32,000 bases of DNA, taken from the NCBI GenBank assembly GCA_000025185.1, contig CP001848.1:3060001-3092000 (forward strand). Direction: 5' to 3'. The notes below the pieces were generated by a model, which saw nothing but the letters and a program-made list of their open reading frames with translations, had not been told where the DNA came from and searched no databases. A program made the position numbers and the translations under genes. Origin of the DNA: Pirellula staleyi DSM 6068 (lineage in GTDB: Bacteria > Planctomycetota > Planctomycetia > Pirellulales > Pirellulaceae). Of the stretch, positions 24,702 through 32,000 are shown piece after piece. Each line of letters begins with the position of its first letter. Within the stretch, counting starts at the first letter, position 1.

Positions 24702-24745
24702 TCGACACGCATCTGCTGACTGAATTTCCTGAGAAAGAGCTTCCG

Positions 24746-25837
24746 ATGATCCTCGCTAAACCCCAACCACTCCTGACGCTCGCCAGCACCTTCACAGCGA
24801 TTTGCACGCTGCTGGTGGCCTCGGCTGTGGCCGACCATCGCATCGGCGATCTTTGCCGCATCAAGGGTCAAGAGGCCAACACGCTGCATGGCATGGGGCT
24901 GGTGGTGGGGCTGAAGGGAACCGGGGATGTCGATAGCAAAGCGACCCAGCGTGCCCTGGCTCGCTACATGGAATTGATGGGGCATCGCTTGTCGACCGAC
25001 GCTCAAGGGAGCGTGCTGCTCGATGAACTCAAGAGTGTGCGAAACGTCGCGCTGGTGTTCATCACCGCGACAGTTCCACCCGGCGGTGCCCAGCAAGGTG
25101 ACACGCTCGATTGCCTGATTAGCGCCATCAGCGCCAAGAGTCTCGAAGGGGGCCATTTGATGCTGACCGAACTCTATGGTCCGCTCCCCGGCGACCGCAC
25201 AGTGTATGGTTTGTGCCAAGGGCTGGTGTCGATCGACGATGTGATTAAGCCCCAAACGGGACGCGTGCCACTCGGCTGCACGGTCGAACGCAAAGTGCAA
25301 AACGAGTTTGTGAAAGATGGCAAGCTCACGCTGGTGATGCACAAGGATCATGCAGCGTTTCAGACCACCGCTTATCTCGAGCAGCTGATCAATCAGCAGC
25401 GCGACTTTAGCCCTGGTGCCTCGACCGCCAGCGGCATTGCCCACGCCGTGGATCAGGTGAAGATCGAAGTGCTGATTCCTCCGACCTATGCCGATAATCC
25501 AGCGCTGTTTGCATCGCTGCTGCTCGACACCCGCGTCTTCCCCCCGAAGACCGACACCAAAGTGATCATCAACGAACGGAAGCGGGCGATCATCGTTGGG
25601 GCTGATGTCGAGATCGCTCCCGTCGCCGTGATGCATGGCAATCGTGTGATTCAAACCGGTGGCGAGCCAGTGAATCAGTTCGTAACGGTCGATCCAACGG
25701 CCGATACCTCGCAAACCAAATTGGCCGCGCTTGTCGATGCCCTCAACGCCCTCAAGATTCCCGCCGAAGATGTGATCGACATCATCAAGATGCTCAAGCA
25801 CAAGCGGGCCCTCTACGGCGAATTGATCATCGAATAG
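24746..25837 (+). CDS. flgI: Flagellar P-ring protein FlgI
   Basis: ..RIGDLCRIKGQEANTLHGMGLVVGLKGTGD.. and C-terminal ..LVDALNALKIPAEDVIDIIKMLKHKRALYGELIIE. Confidence 0.9.
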   Translation: MILAKPQPLLTLASTFTAICTLLVASAVADHRIGDLCRIKGQEANTLHGMGLVVGLKGTGDVDSKATQRALARYMELMGHRLSTDAQGSVLLDELKSVRNVALVFITATVPPGGAQQGDTLDCLISAISAKSLEGGHLMLTELYGPLPGDRTVYGLCQGLVSIDDVIKPQTGRVPLGCTVERKVQNEFVKDGKLTLVMHKDHAAFQTTAYLEQLINQQRDFSPGASTASGIAHAVDQVKIEVLIPPTYADNPALFASLLLDTRVFPPKTDTKVIINERKRAIIVGADVEIAPVAVMHGNRVIQTGGEPVNQFVTVDPTADTSQTKLAALVDALNALKIPAEDVIDIIKMLKHKRALYGELIIE

Positions 25838-25887
25838 TTGGCAAACGTCTCCCTCACTTAGCTCCTTTCTCTCCCTGAGCGACTCCC

Positions 25888-26187
25888 ATGCAAATCACAC
25901 CTTCGCAACTCAGTATGGCCAGCGAACCTGCCGGCTTCGGCGCCGCGAAATCGGGCGACCAGCTGCGCGAGGCGTTTGGCCAGTTCGTCGGGAACTCGCT
26001 CTTCACGCAGATGCTCTCGTCGATGCGTGAAACGGTGGAGAAGTCGGAATATTTTCACGGTGGGCGGGCGGAAGAAGTGTTTCAAGGTCAGCTCGATCAA
26101 CTCCTGGCCGACGAACTGACCGAAGCGAGCAGCGAATCGCTCGCCGGACCGATGTTCGAGCTGTTTCAGCTGCAGCGGCAGAGCTAG
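25888..26187 (+). CDS. Rod-binding protein (FlgJ N-terminal-domain-like; no muramidase domain)
   Basis: 99 aa. ..LREAFGQFVGNSLFTQMLSSMRETVEKSEYFHGGRAEEVFQGQLDQLLADEL.. fits the rod-binding-domain pattern. Confidence 0.7.
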   Translation: MQITPSQLSMASEPAGFGAAKSGDQLREAFGQFVGNSLFTQMLSSMRETVEKSEYFHGGRAEEVFQGQLDQLLADELTEASSESLAGPMFELFQLQRQS

Positions 26188-26195
26188 TCAAACGT

Positions 26196-26211
26196 TGGTG
26201 CGGTGGTTGCT
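26196..26211 (+). promoter_or_regulatory. Candidate sigma-54 (-24/-12) promoter for flgN-flgK-flgL
   Basis: TGGTGCGGTGGTTGCT has GG-N10-GC spacing and a TTGCT -12 element. It lies in the 50-80 nt gap before flgN. Confidence 0.35.
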
Positions 26212-26267
26212 CAGGATGGCGTTCGAAACTTCAGGCAGTGAGTTTTCTCGTGATTACTAGCGAAAAC

Positions 26268-26762
26268 ATGACCAGCAGCGAACCAACGTGGGAACAGAAG
26301 ATCGGCCTGCTGCTCGACGAGCTATCGAGCGTGCAGAGCGAACTTCTGGGAGTGCTGTCGGCCAAACGCGATTGCCTGGCGCGGCTCGACCTCGAGCAGA
26401 TGCATGCCCTGCAGTCGACCGAGCTCGAAGTTTCCAGCCGACTCGAGGCGTGTCACGCCAAGCGTAACGAACTGCTCGCCACTGCGGCTAAAGAGGGGCT
26501 GCCGCACGACAGCATCACGCAGCTATCGAAAACGATGCCTGCGCGCGATCGGAAGGTCGTCGAACAGCGGATTGCTCAGTCGAGCGCTCAAATGCGGCTG
26601 TTGCAGCACCAAAGTCTCACCAACTGGGTCGCCGCACAAAGAGCTTTGCTCCATGTTTCGCAGTTGCTCGAGATTATCGCTACTGGCGGTCGCCCTGAGC
26701 CGACATATGGAGATAGCCAGCCACTACATGGACGTGGTTCGTTGGTAAATCAGGAGGCCTAG
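26268..26762 (+). CDS. flgN: FlgN-like flagellar export chaperone
   Basis: All-helical ~165 aa protein directly upstream of flgK/flgL. ..LLGVLSAKRDCLARLDLEQMHALQ..KRNELL.. resembles FlgN. The start could be the ATG at 26268 or the GTG at 26238. Confidence 0.55.
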   Translation: MTSSEPTWEQKIGLLLDELSSVQSELLGVLSAKRDCLARLDLEQMHALQSTELEVSSRLEACHAKRNELLATAAKEGLPHDSITQLSKTMPARDRKVVEQRIAQSSAQMRLLQHQSLTNWVAAQRALLHVSQLLEIIATGGRPEPTYGDSQPLHGRGSLVNQEA

Positions 26763-26827
26763 TGAGGCTGTGAGCGTTGGGTAATCAGTACGGCCCGACA
26801 TCCAGCTAAAGACTAGCGAGCCATCGC

Positions 26828-28525
26828 ATGACACTTCTCAGTACGCTGCAGATCGCCAACAACTCGCTGATTGCGTCGCAACTCGGCTTGCAGGTGGTCG
26901 GCAACAACATTGCCAACGCCAACACGCCCGGCTACATCCGCCAGCAAGTGGTCCTCACCCCTGCGCCGACACAGCGCTATGGTGGTTTGCTGCTGGGACT
27001 CGGTGTCGAAGTCCAGGCGGTCATTCAGCAGACCGATCGATTCTTGGAAGAGCGGCTTCGATCGGCTCTCAGCGACCTGGCAAGCGGCGAAGCCCAAGAG
27101 AAGACGTACGTGCAACTTGAGTCGCTGCTCGGCGAACTCTCCGACACCGATCTCAGCACGGCGCTCACCGATTTTTTCGGGAGCGTGCAAGACATTTTGA
27201 ATCAGCCCGACAGCGAAAGTGTTCGCAATCTCGCGGTGTTGCAAGGTCAATCGCTGGCCGCTGATATCTCGCGGATGCACGAGCGGGTCGGGCAGCTGCG
27301 AACCGACATCAACACACAAATCGATCAAACGGCTGTCGAAATCAACGGGCATATCAACGAGATTGCCAAGCTGAACGTGCAGATTTTGCAGGCTGAAGGT
27401 GGCGGCACTTCGGCCAGCGATGCCGTGGGTCTGCGCGACCGGCGCTCGATTGTGCTGAACGAACTGGCGCAGATTCTCGACATCACCGCGATCGAACAGC
27501 CGACCGGCGATGTGTCGGTCTATGTCGGCGGCGACTATCTGGTGTTTCAAGGGACAGCACGTCCCGTCACGATCGAGCAGACGACCGATCGCGGGCAAAC
27601 GGTGTCGCGCATCAAGCTCATCGAGACCGATGCGCCCCTCTTCTCGTCGTCGGGAAAATTGGCTGGGCTAGTGACGAGTCGCGATGCAATTCTCGGCGGC
27701 TTTCTCGATAGCCTCAACGATTTCGCGACCACCTTGGTGAGCGAGTTCAACAAGGTCTATTCGCAAGGGCAGGGGCTCAGCGGCTATAGCCAAATTACCA
27801 GCGAATTTGCAGTCGATAATGTCGAAGCCTCGCTCGACGAAGCAGGACTGAAGTTCAGCGCTAATAGTGGCTCGTTCGACATCCTGGTGCGGAACAAGCA
27901 GACCGGATTGAGCGAAACGACGCAGATTCAAGTCGATCTGAATGGACTCGACGACGACACTTCGCTCGAAGAACTCGTCGAGGCAATCAACGCTGTCGAT
28001 GGGATCAATGCCTCGATCGATCCCAATCGCCGGGTCGTCATCAAAACCGATAGTCAGCTCGTCGATTTCAGCTTCGCGGGGGACACCAGTGGTGTGCTGG
28101 CCGCTTTGGGAATCAACACGTTCTTCAAAGGGACATCGGCCAGCGATATCGGGGTGAATAAACAGCTCATCGATAACCCGGCACTGTTTGCGGCGAGTGG
28201 CGGTGGCATTGGCGAAGATACCGACGTGGCAATCAAACTGGCCAATCTACTTTCGACACCCCTTGAATCGCAAAATGGTTCGACCCTTGCTGTTCTCTAC
28301 GACAAGCTGACGGCCGAGGTGTCGCAAGGTGCGGCGGTGACGACTAGCGTGACCGAAGGGTATCGTGTTTTTCAAAACACACTCGAGGGACAACTGCTGG
28401 CGATCACCGGGGTGAACCTCGACGAAGAAGCGGTCCGGATGATTCAATATCAGCGCACCTTTCAGGCCTCAGCACGTGTGATCTCGACGATCAACGATCT
28501 GCTGGAGGTGCTCGTCAATATTTAG
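26828..28525 (+). CDS. flgK: Flagellar hook-associated protein 1 (FlgK)
   Basis: MTLLSTLQIANNSLIASQLGLQVVGNNIANANTPGYIRQ.. N-terminus. C-terminal ..ITGVNLDEEAVRMIQYQRTFQASARVISTINDLLEVL... Confidence 0.9.
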   Translation: MTLLSTLQIANNSLIASQLGLQVVGNNIANANTPGYIRQQVVLTPAPTQRYGGLLLGLGVEVQAVIQQTDRFLEERLRSALSDLASGEAQEKTYVQLESLLGELSDTDLSTALTDFFGSVQDILNQPDSESVRNLAVLQGQSLAADISRMHERVGQLRTDINTQIDQTAVEINGHINEIAKLNVQILQAEGGGTSASDAVGLRDRRSIVLNELAQILDITAIEQPTGDVSVYVGGDYLVFQGTARPVTIEQTTDRGQTVSRIKLIETDAPLFSSSGKLAGLVTSRDAILGGFLDSLNDFATTLVSEFNKVYSQGQGLSGYSQITSEFAVDNVEASLDEAGLKFSANSGSFDILVRNKQTGLSETTQIQVDLNGLDDDTSLEELVEAINAVDGINASIDPNRRVVIKTDSQLVDFSFAGDTSGVLAALGINTFFKGTSASDIGVNKQLIDNPALFAASGGGIGEDTDVAIKLANLLSTPLESQNGSTLAVLYDKLTAEVSQGAAVTTSVTEGYRVFQNTLEGQLLAITGVNLDEEAVRMIQYQRTFQASARVISTINDLLEVLVNI

Positions 28526-28689
28526 TGACTGGCCGCAAGTCGCTGCGCAGCGCGTGGCGGTGGCAAGTGAGAAAACGATTGTAAAACAAGGCTCAAACAT
28601 GCGAAATCGCAGGGCTCGGGCAAGACGCTCGAGGAGACCTGCCGCTTGACAGAAGCTTGTGAAAACTCTGGCGTAGGACTTTCTCGAAC

Positions 28690-31600
28690 ATGGCTGGCGT
28701 GTATCCCGTACCGACAACTCGCACCAGTTCGATCCTTGCGCAAACGCGTCTCACGGCGCAGTTGCAGGCCGATCAGCTTTCGATCTTGCGCTTGCAATCG
28801 CAAATCAGCACCGGTCGCCGGATCGCTTTGCCGAGTGAAGATGCGCCAGCGTCGCAGCGGGCGATTCATCTGCAGCAACTCCTGGAGCTTAAAGCCCAGG
28901 CGCTTGTGAACCTCGATACGAGCCAGTCGTACCTCGATGCCACCGATAGCGCGATTGCCAATGTCAGCAGCACGCTGAATCAAATTCGCTCGACTGCGCT
29001 TGGTGTCGCCAACACCACCTCGAGCGAAACGACGCGCGCGGCAGCCGCAGCCGAAGTGAGCCGCGCCATCGAGCAGCTCGTCGATGTAGCGAATCAAAAC
29101 TTTCGTGGTCGCTACCTGTTTGCAGGCTCGAAAACGACTACCGTTCCGTTCACCTACGATGGAACGAACGTGATCTATAACGGTAACGAGCGCGAGCTTT
29201 CGAGCTACGCCGATATCGATCTATTGCTCGAGACCAGCATTGCCGGAAGCCAGATTTTCGGGGCGTTTAGCTCGAGTTCGCAGACGGTGTCTGACCTGCA
29301 GCCGATCTTGACGCGAAGCACGAAGCTGTCGGATCTGCGCAGCGGTGAAGGGATTGGCGATGGAAGCATCGCGATCTCCGACGGCAATAGCACGCGAATC
29401 ATCAACCTCAGTGGCGCGAGCACGATTGGGGATGTGGCCGATCTGATTGAGGCCAATCCACCCGCCGGTCGAACGGTGACGGCGCGTGTGGGTCCGGAAG
29501 GTTTGATCCTCGATATCGACGACGCTGGTGGTGGCAACTTCACGATTCGCGAAGTGGGTGGAGGGACCACCGCCGCACGGCTCGGGATCTACGAACCATT
29601 GGGGACACTCACCGGCCCAGTGACCGGGGAAGATCTCGATCCGATCCTGACACGGACCACCAGCCTGGCCGATATCCTGGGGGTGCGCGCCCAAGCGATC
29701 GTGCAATCGAGTGGTCCGAACAACGATATCGTCATCGAGTCGCTCACGCGTGGCTCGGCCAGCAACGGTGTGAGTTTGCAGCTGGTCGATGATTCGGCGC
29801 TGCATGCTTCCCCAGGACTTGTTGCCGGTGCCGAGCAAGTGGTTTATAGCGAAACGGCAGTGGCGGCTCGCGCGGCCCTTTCGTTCTCGGGGTTTGGCAA
29901 CAACTTGCTGCTGACAGGGAGCGTCACCGGAACGTCGCTCAACAACGTAACGATCGAAGTGGTGAGTGGCGGCGCGATTGGCGATGCAGCCACCGCGACG
30001 TTTGACGCCAACAGCAAAACGCTGACAATTGCAGTCGATTCCGCGGGAAATACGTCGATTCAGTCGGTCGTCGATGCGATCGCGCTCGAAGGGACTTTCA
30101 CTGCCAGTCACGATAGTTCGGACGGAGTCGATGGGGCCTACAACCCACTCTCCACCGTTTCGGTCGGCGATATCGGAGTGGTGACCGGCAACACGAGCGC
30201 GAGTGGGGGCGAGGCTGGGACGATCTTTGTTTATGTCGAAGCGGGTGCGACAACGGCCAATCAAGTGGTCACGGCGCTCGAGGCCAACAGCGATGTGACA
30301 GCGCGCTTTCGGGTGAGTCTCGACGACTCGGATACCTCGAGCCCTGGTGCTGCGGGAAAAGGGAATGTGCTTCCTGGCGCAAGCGCTACGACGATCGATG
30401 GAAGTGGCAGCGATCTCGATCTGACGTCGGGAATCATTATCGAAAATGGAGGGGAGTCGTTCACGATCGATCTGAGTGGCGCGGAAACGATCGAAGATTT
30501 GCTGAACGTCCTCAACGGTTCGCCGGCGCATGTGCGGGCCGAAGTCGACCCGACAGGGAAGGGGATCATCGTTCGCTCGCGGCTGAGTGGTCGCCCCATC
30601 AGCATCGGCGAAAATGGTGGAACCACCGCCGCCCAGCTCGGGATTCGTACGACGACGGAAGAGATCTACCTGACCGAACTGAACTACGGTCGCGGAGTCG
30701 GCACGTTTGAAGGAACCGATTTCACGATCACGCGGCCCGATGGTGTGGCGCTCGACATCGATATCGATGGCGCTGTGACCGTGGGAGATGTGATCGACCG
30801 GATCAACAACCACGCGCTCAACACCGGAAGTGGCCGCGTGACGGCGGCGCTCAATCGTGTCGGTAATGGGATCGAACTGACGGCTAGCCAGTCGAGTAGT
30901 CCAGGAACCTTGTCGATCACCAAGGCATTTCAAAGCGAAGCCGCTTGGGATCTCGGACTGATACCGACGGGCGAGCAGAGCATCACAACCTCGACGGCAG
31001 CCACGGTTGCCAGTGCGCGGCTCGACTTCGCCGGCGCTAACAGCGACTTGCTGGTGACGGCTGGCATCGCGGGGAGTTCGCTCAGTGGCGTGGCGATTCG
31101 TTTCGTCGATTCGGCAGTCGGCGATGTTGCAACGGCAACTTACGATGCTGGCACGCGCGAGCTGACGATTGCCCTCGATGCCTCGGCGACTTCAGCAACC
31201 ACGATTCGCGATGCCATCAATCTCGAAGGAACATTCTCGGCCGCGCTCGACGCGACGAGTGATCCGACCAACGATGGAAGTGGCGTGATTGGCACGACCG
31301 GTGTCGTAGGGATAACGAGTGGTGGAACAGCAGAGGTGCTGACCGGCGCGAACACCTATCACCAAGAGGTGCAGGGGGTGTTCAACACGCTGATTCAGTT
31401 GCGCGACGCGATCAACAATTTCGATCTCGCCTCGATCGATCGTTCGCTCGAGAGTTTGGATGTCGATCTCGATCGAATCAACTTCGGTCGCGCGGAGATT
31501 GGTGCTCGTGGTCAGGCGCTCGATCTGCTCCGGACCCGCCTGGAGGATGAAGAGGTGACGTTGAAGGACTCGCTCTCGAAAGAGATCGAGGTGGACATCA

Positions 31601-31701
31601 CCCAAGCAATCTCGGAGCTCGCCGCTAGGCAGGCGTCGCTCGAGGCCTCGATGCAGCTGATGGCGACCCTATTTCAGACGACGCTGCTGAACTATCTGTA
31701 A
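28690..31701 (+). CDS. flgL: Flagellar hook-associated protein 3 (FlgL), greatly expanded by internal repeat modules
   Basis: Flagellin-type N-terminus (..LQSQISTGRRIALPSEDAPASQRA.., ..FRGRYLFAGSKT..) and C-terminus (..RINFGRAEIGARGQALD..LEASMQLMA..). It sits directly after flgK. It is 1003 aa, with repeated central modules. Confidence 0.8.
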   Translation: MAGVYPVPTTRTSSILAQTRLTAQLQADQLSILRLQSQISTGRRIALPSEDAPASQRAIHLQQLLELKAQALVNLDTSQSYLDATDSAIANVSSTLNQIRSTALGVANTTSSETTRAAAAAEVSRAIEQLVDVANQNFRGRYLFAGSKTTTVPFTYDGTNVIYNGNERELSSYADIDLLLETSIAGSQIFGAFSSSSQTVSDLQPILTRSTKLSDLRSGEGIGDGSIAISDGNSTRIINLSGASTIGDVADLIEANPPAGRTVTARVGPEGLILDIDDAGGGNFTIREVGGGTTAARLGIYEPLGTLTGPVTGEDLDPILTRTTSLADILGVRAQAIVQSSGPNNDIVIESLTRGSASNGVSLQLVDDSALHASPGLVAGAEQVVYSETAVAARAALSFSGFGNNLLLTGSVTGTSLNNVTIEVVSGGAIGDAATATFDANSKTLTIAVDSAGNTSIQSVVDAIALEGTFTASHDSSDGVDGAYNPLSTVSVGDIGVVTGNTSASGGEAGTIFVYVEAGATTANQVVTALEANSDVTARFRVSLDDSDTSSPGAAGKGNVLPGASATTIDGSGSDLDLTSGIIIENGGESFTIDLSGAETIEDLLNVLNGSPAHVRAEVDPTGKGIIVRSRLSGRPISIGENGGTTAAQLGIRTTTEEIYLTELNYGRGVGTFEGTDFTITRPDGVALDIDIDGAVTVGDVIDRINNHALNTGSGRVTAALNRVGNGIELTASQSSSPGTLSITKAFQSEAAWDLGLIPTGEQSITTSTAATVASARLDFAGANSDLLVTAGIAGSSLSGVAIRFVDSAVGDVATATYDAGTRELTIALDASATSATTIRDAINLEGTFSAALDATSDPTNDGSGVIGTTGVVGITSGGTAEVLTGANTYHQEVQGVFNTLIQLRDAINNFDLASIDRSLESLDVDLDRINFGRAEIGARGQALDLLRTRLEDEEVTLKDSLSKEIEVDITQAISELAARQASLEASMQLMATLFQTTLLNYL

Positions 31702-31713
31702 GTCGCTGTCTCT

Positions 31714-31767
31714 CCCCCGCAAGGGGGCGCGCGTGATGTTGCGCAAGTTGCGCGAAGTTGCGCCCCC
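31714..31767 (+). other. Compound GC-rich stem-loop with 3x GTTGCGC direct repeats, immediately 3' of flgL
   Basis: Hairpin 1 is CCCCC-GCAA-GGGGG (31714-31727). The same GGGGG begins GGGGGCGC (31723-31730), which pairs with GCGCCCCC (31760-31767). GTTGCGC occurs at 31738, 31747 and 31757. No adjacent U-tract. Confidence 0.35.
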
Positions 31768-31966
31768 GGAACCAATCGTCAGCTCTGTTGTGCTGATTTT
31801 TCTGATTCTGCGGACGGTGGTGGGCCGATGTAACAGAACGAGGCCCTCGGTGACCGGGAGTGCAGCGACTGCGTTCACTTGCTAGCTAACGAACTTGCTC
31901 ACGGGGGGCCCCACAGCCGCGAGGCAATGGGCGGACCGATCGCGTTTACGACAAGAAGCAGATCCT

Positions 31967-32000
31967 ATGCAAATTAGTACGACCCGATTTGGCCTGGTGG
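31967..32000 (+). CDS. fliW: Probable start of flagellar assembly factor FliW (3' end outside window)
   Basis: ATG CAA ATT AGT ACG ACC CGA TTT GGC CTG GTG = MQISTTRFGLV. This resembles the common FliW N-terminus (M-x-I-x-T-x-RFG). Position after flgK-flgL matches the flgK-flgL-fliW(-csrA) order known from other phyla. Only 11 codons are visible. Confidence 0.4.
   Translation, partial: MQISTTRFGLV

Noticed and set aside
28526-28689. Promoter or terminator signals in the flgK-flgL spacer: TTGACA at 28646-28651, the 12-bp palindrome CGCTGCGCAGCG at 28540-28551, and TGGCGTAGGACTTTC at 28669-28683
   Set aside because: TTGACA has no acceptable -10 at 16-18 bp. The palindrome has no loop and no U-tract. 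The sigma-54-like string has TTTC instead of TTGC and would leave only a ~7-nt leader.
29221-30933. 570-aa minus-strand ORF opposite the flgL repeat region. Similar antisense ORFs: 22784-23851, 24698-25801, 26813-27598, 11895-13079, 4605-5666, and + strand 3776-4726.
   Set aside because: All lie antisense to, or out of frame with, genes that have strong family signatures. Their translations are Arg/Gly/Pro-rich and featureless.
31702-31966. Search for a sigma-28 (TAAA-N15-GCCGATAA) promoter ahead of fliW, e.g. GCCGATGT at 31824-31831
   Set aside because: There is no TAAA-like -35 at the required distance. The same negative result holds ahead of flgK and flgL.
1-32000. Window-wide look for tRNA/rRNA genes, CRISPR repeats, IS/transposase/integrase genes, toxin-antitoxin or known defence-system genes
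   Set aside because: I found none. No cloverleaf-like sequences in the spacers, no regularly spaced direct repeats, and no ORF with recombinase, nuclease, ATPase or methylase defence-type motifs. The window looks like core chromosome.

Overview
GC-rich chromosomal segment. The gene content points to Planctomycetota, probably Pirellulales-like; this is inference only. The supporting content is a DUF1549/DUF1553 protein with a Tat-signal DUF1501 partner, an FG-GAP propeller, many signal-peptide hypotheticals and mostly weak Shine-Dalgarno sites.

Left third: the 3' part of a Cys-rich Fe-S oxidoreductase is translationally coupled to moaD-moaE-moaA. It is followed by a small Gly-decapeptide-repeat protein and a class-V cysteine desulfurase. 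Three consecutive secreted proteins of unknown function come next: a coiled-coil protein, a domain split by an N/Q/G-rich insert, and a 7-bladed FG-GAP propeller.

Middle: a CBS protein, an SRPBCC protein plus TIGR01777-type epimerase, a DUF1549/1553 - MBL hydrolase - DUF1501 block, an acyl-CoA synthetase, an LptF/G-type permease, comF and hemC.

Right third (21.2-32 kb): one co-directional flagellar block, flgF-flgG-flgA-flgH-flgI-rod-binding(flgJ-like)-flgN-flgK-flgL, then what looks like the first codons of fliW.

I saw no tRNA/rRNA, CRISPR array, transposase/integrase or recognisable defence or mobile system. I cannot honestly name a complete novel system here.

The most unusual things, in my judgement:
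- A 1003-aa FlgL whose middle ~690 aa is built from two internal repeat families.
- A set of short DNA motifs confined to the flagellar leaders: two good sigma-54-type -24/-12 matches, a CTAGCGA heptamer and a shared TGGnnATGGATTGC box.
- A compound GC-rich stem-loop with 3x GTTGCGC between flgL and fliW.
- The Gly-decapeptide protein inside the Moco/sulfur gene string.
- The secreted trio with a structured leader that sequesters the only SD-like GGAG.

Many long ORFs in the track are antisense mirror ORFs typical of GC-rich DNA and were rejected.
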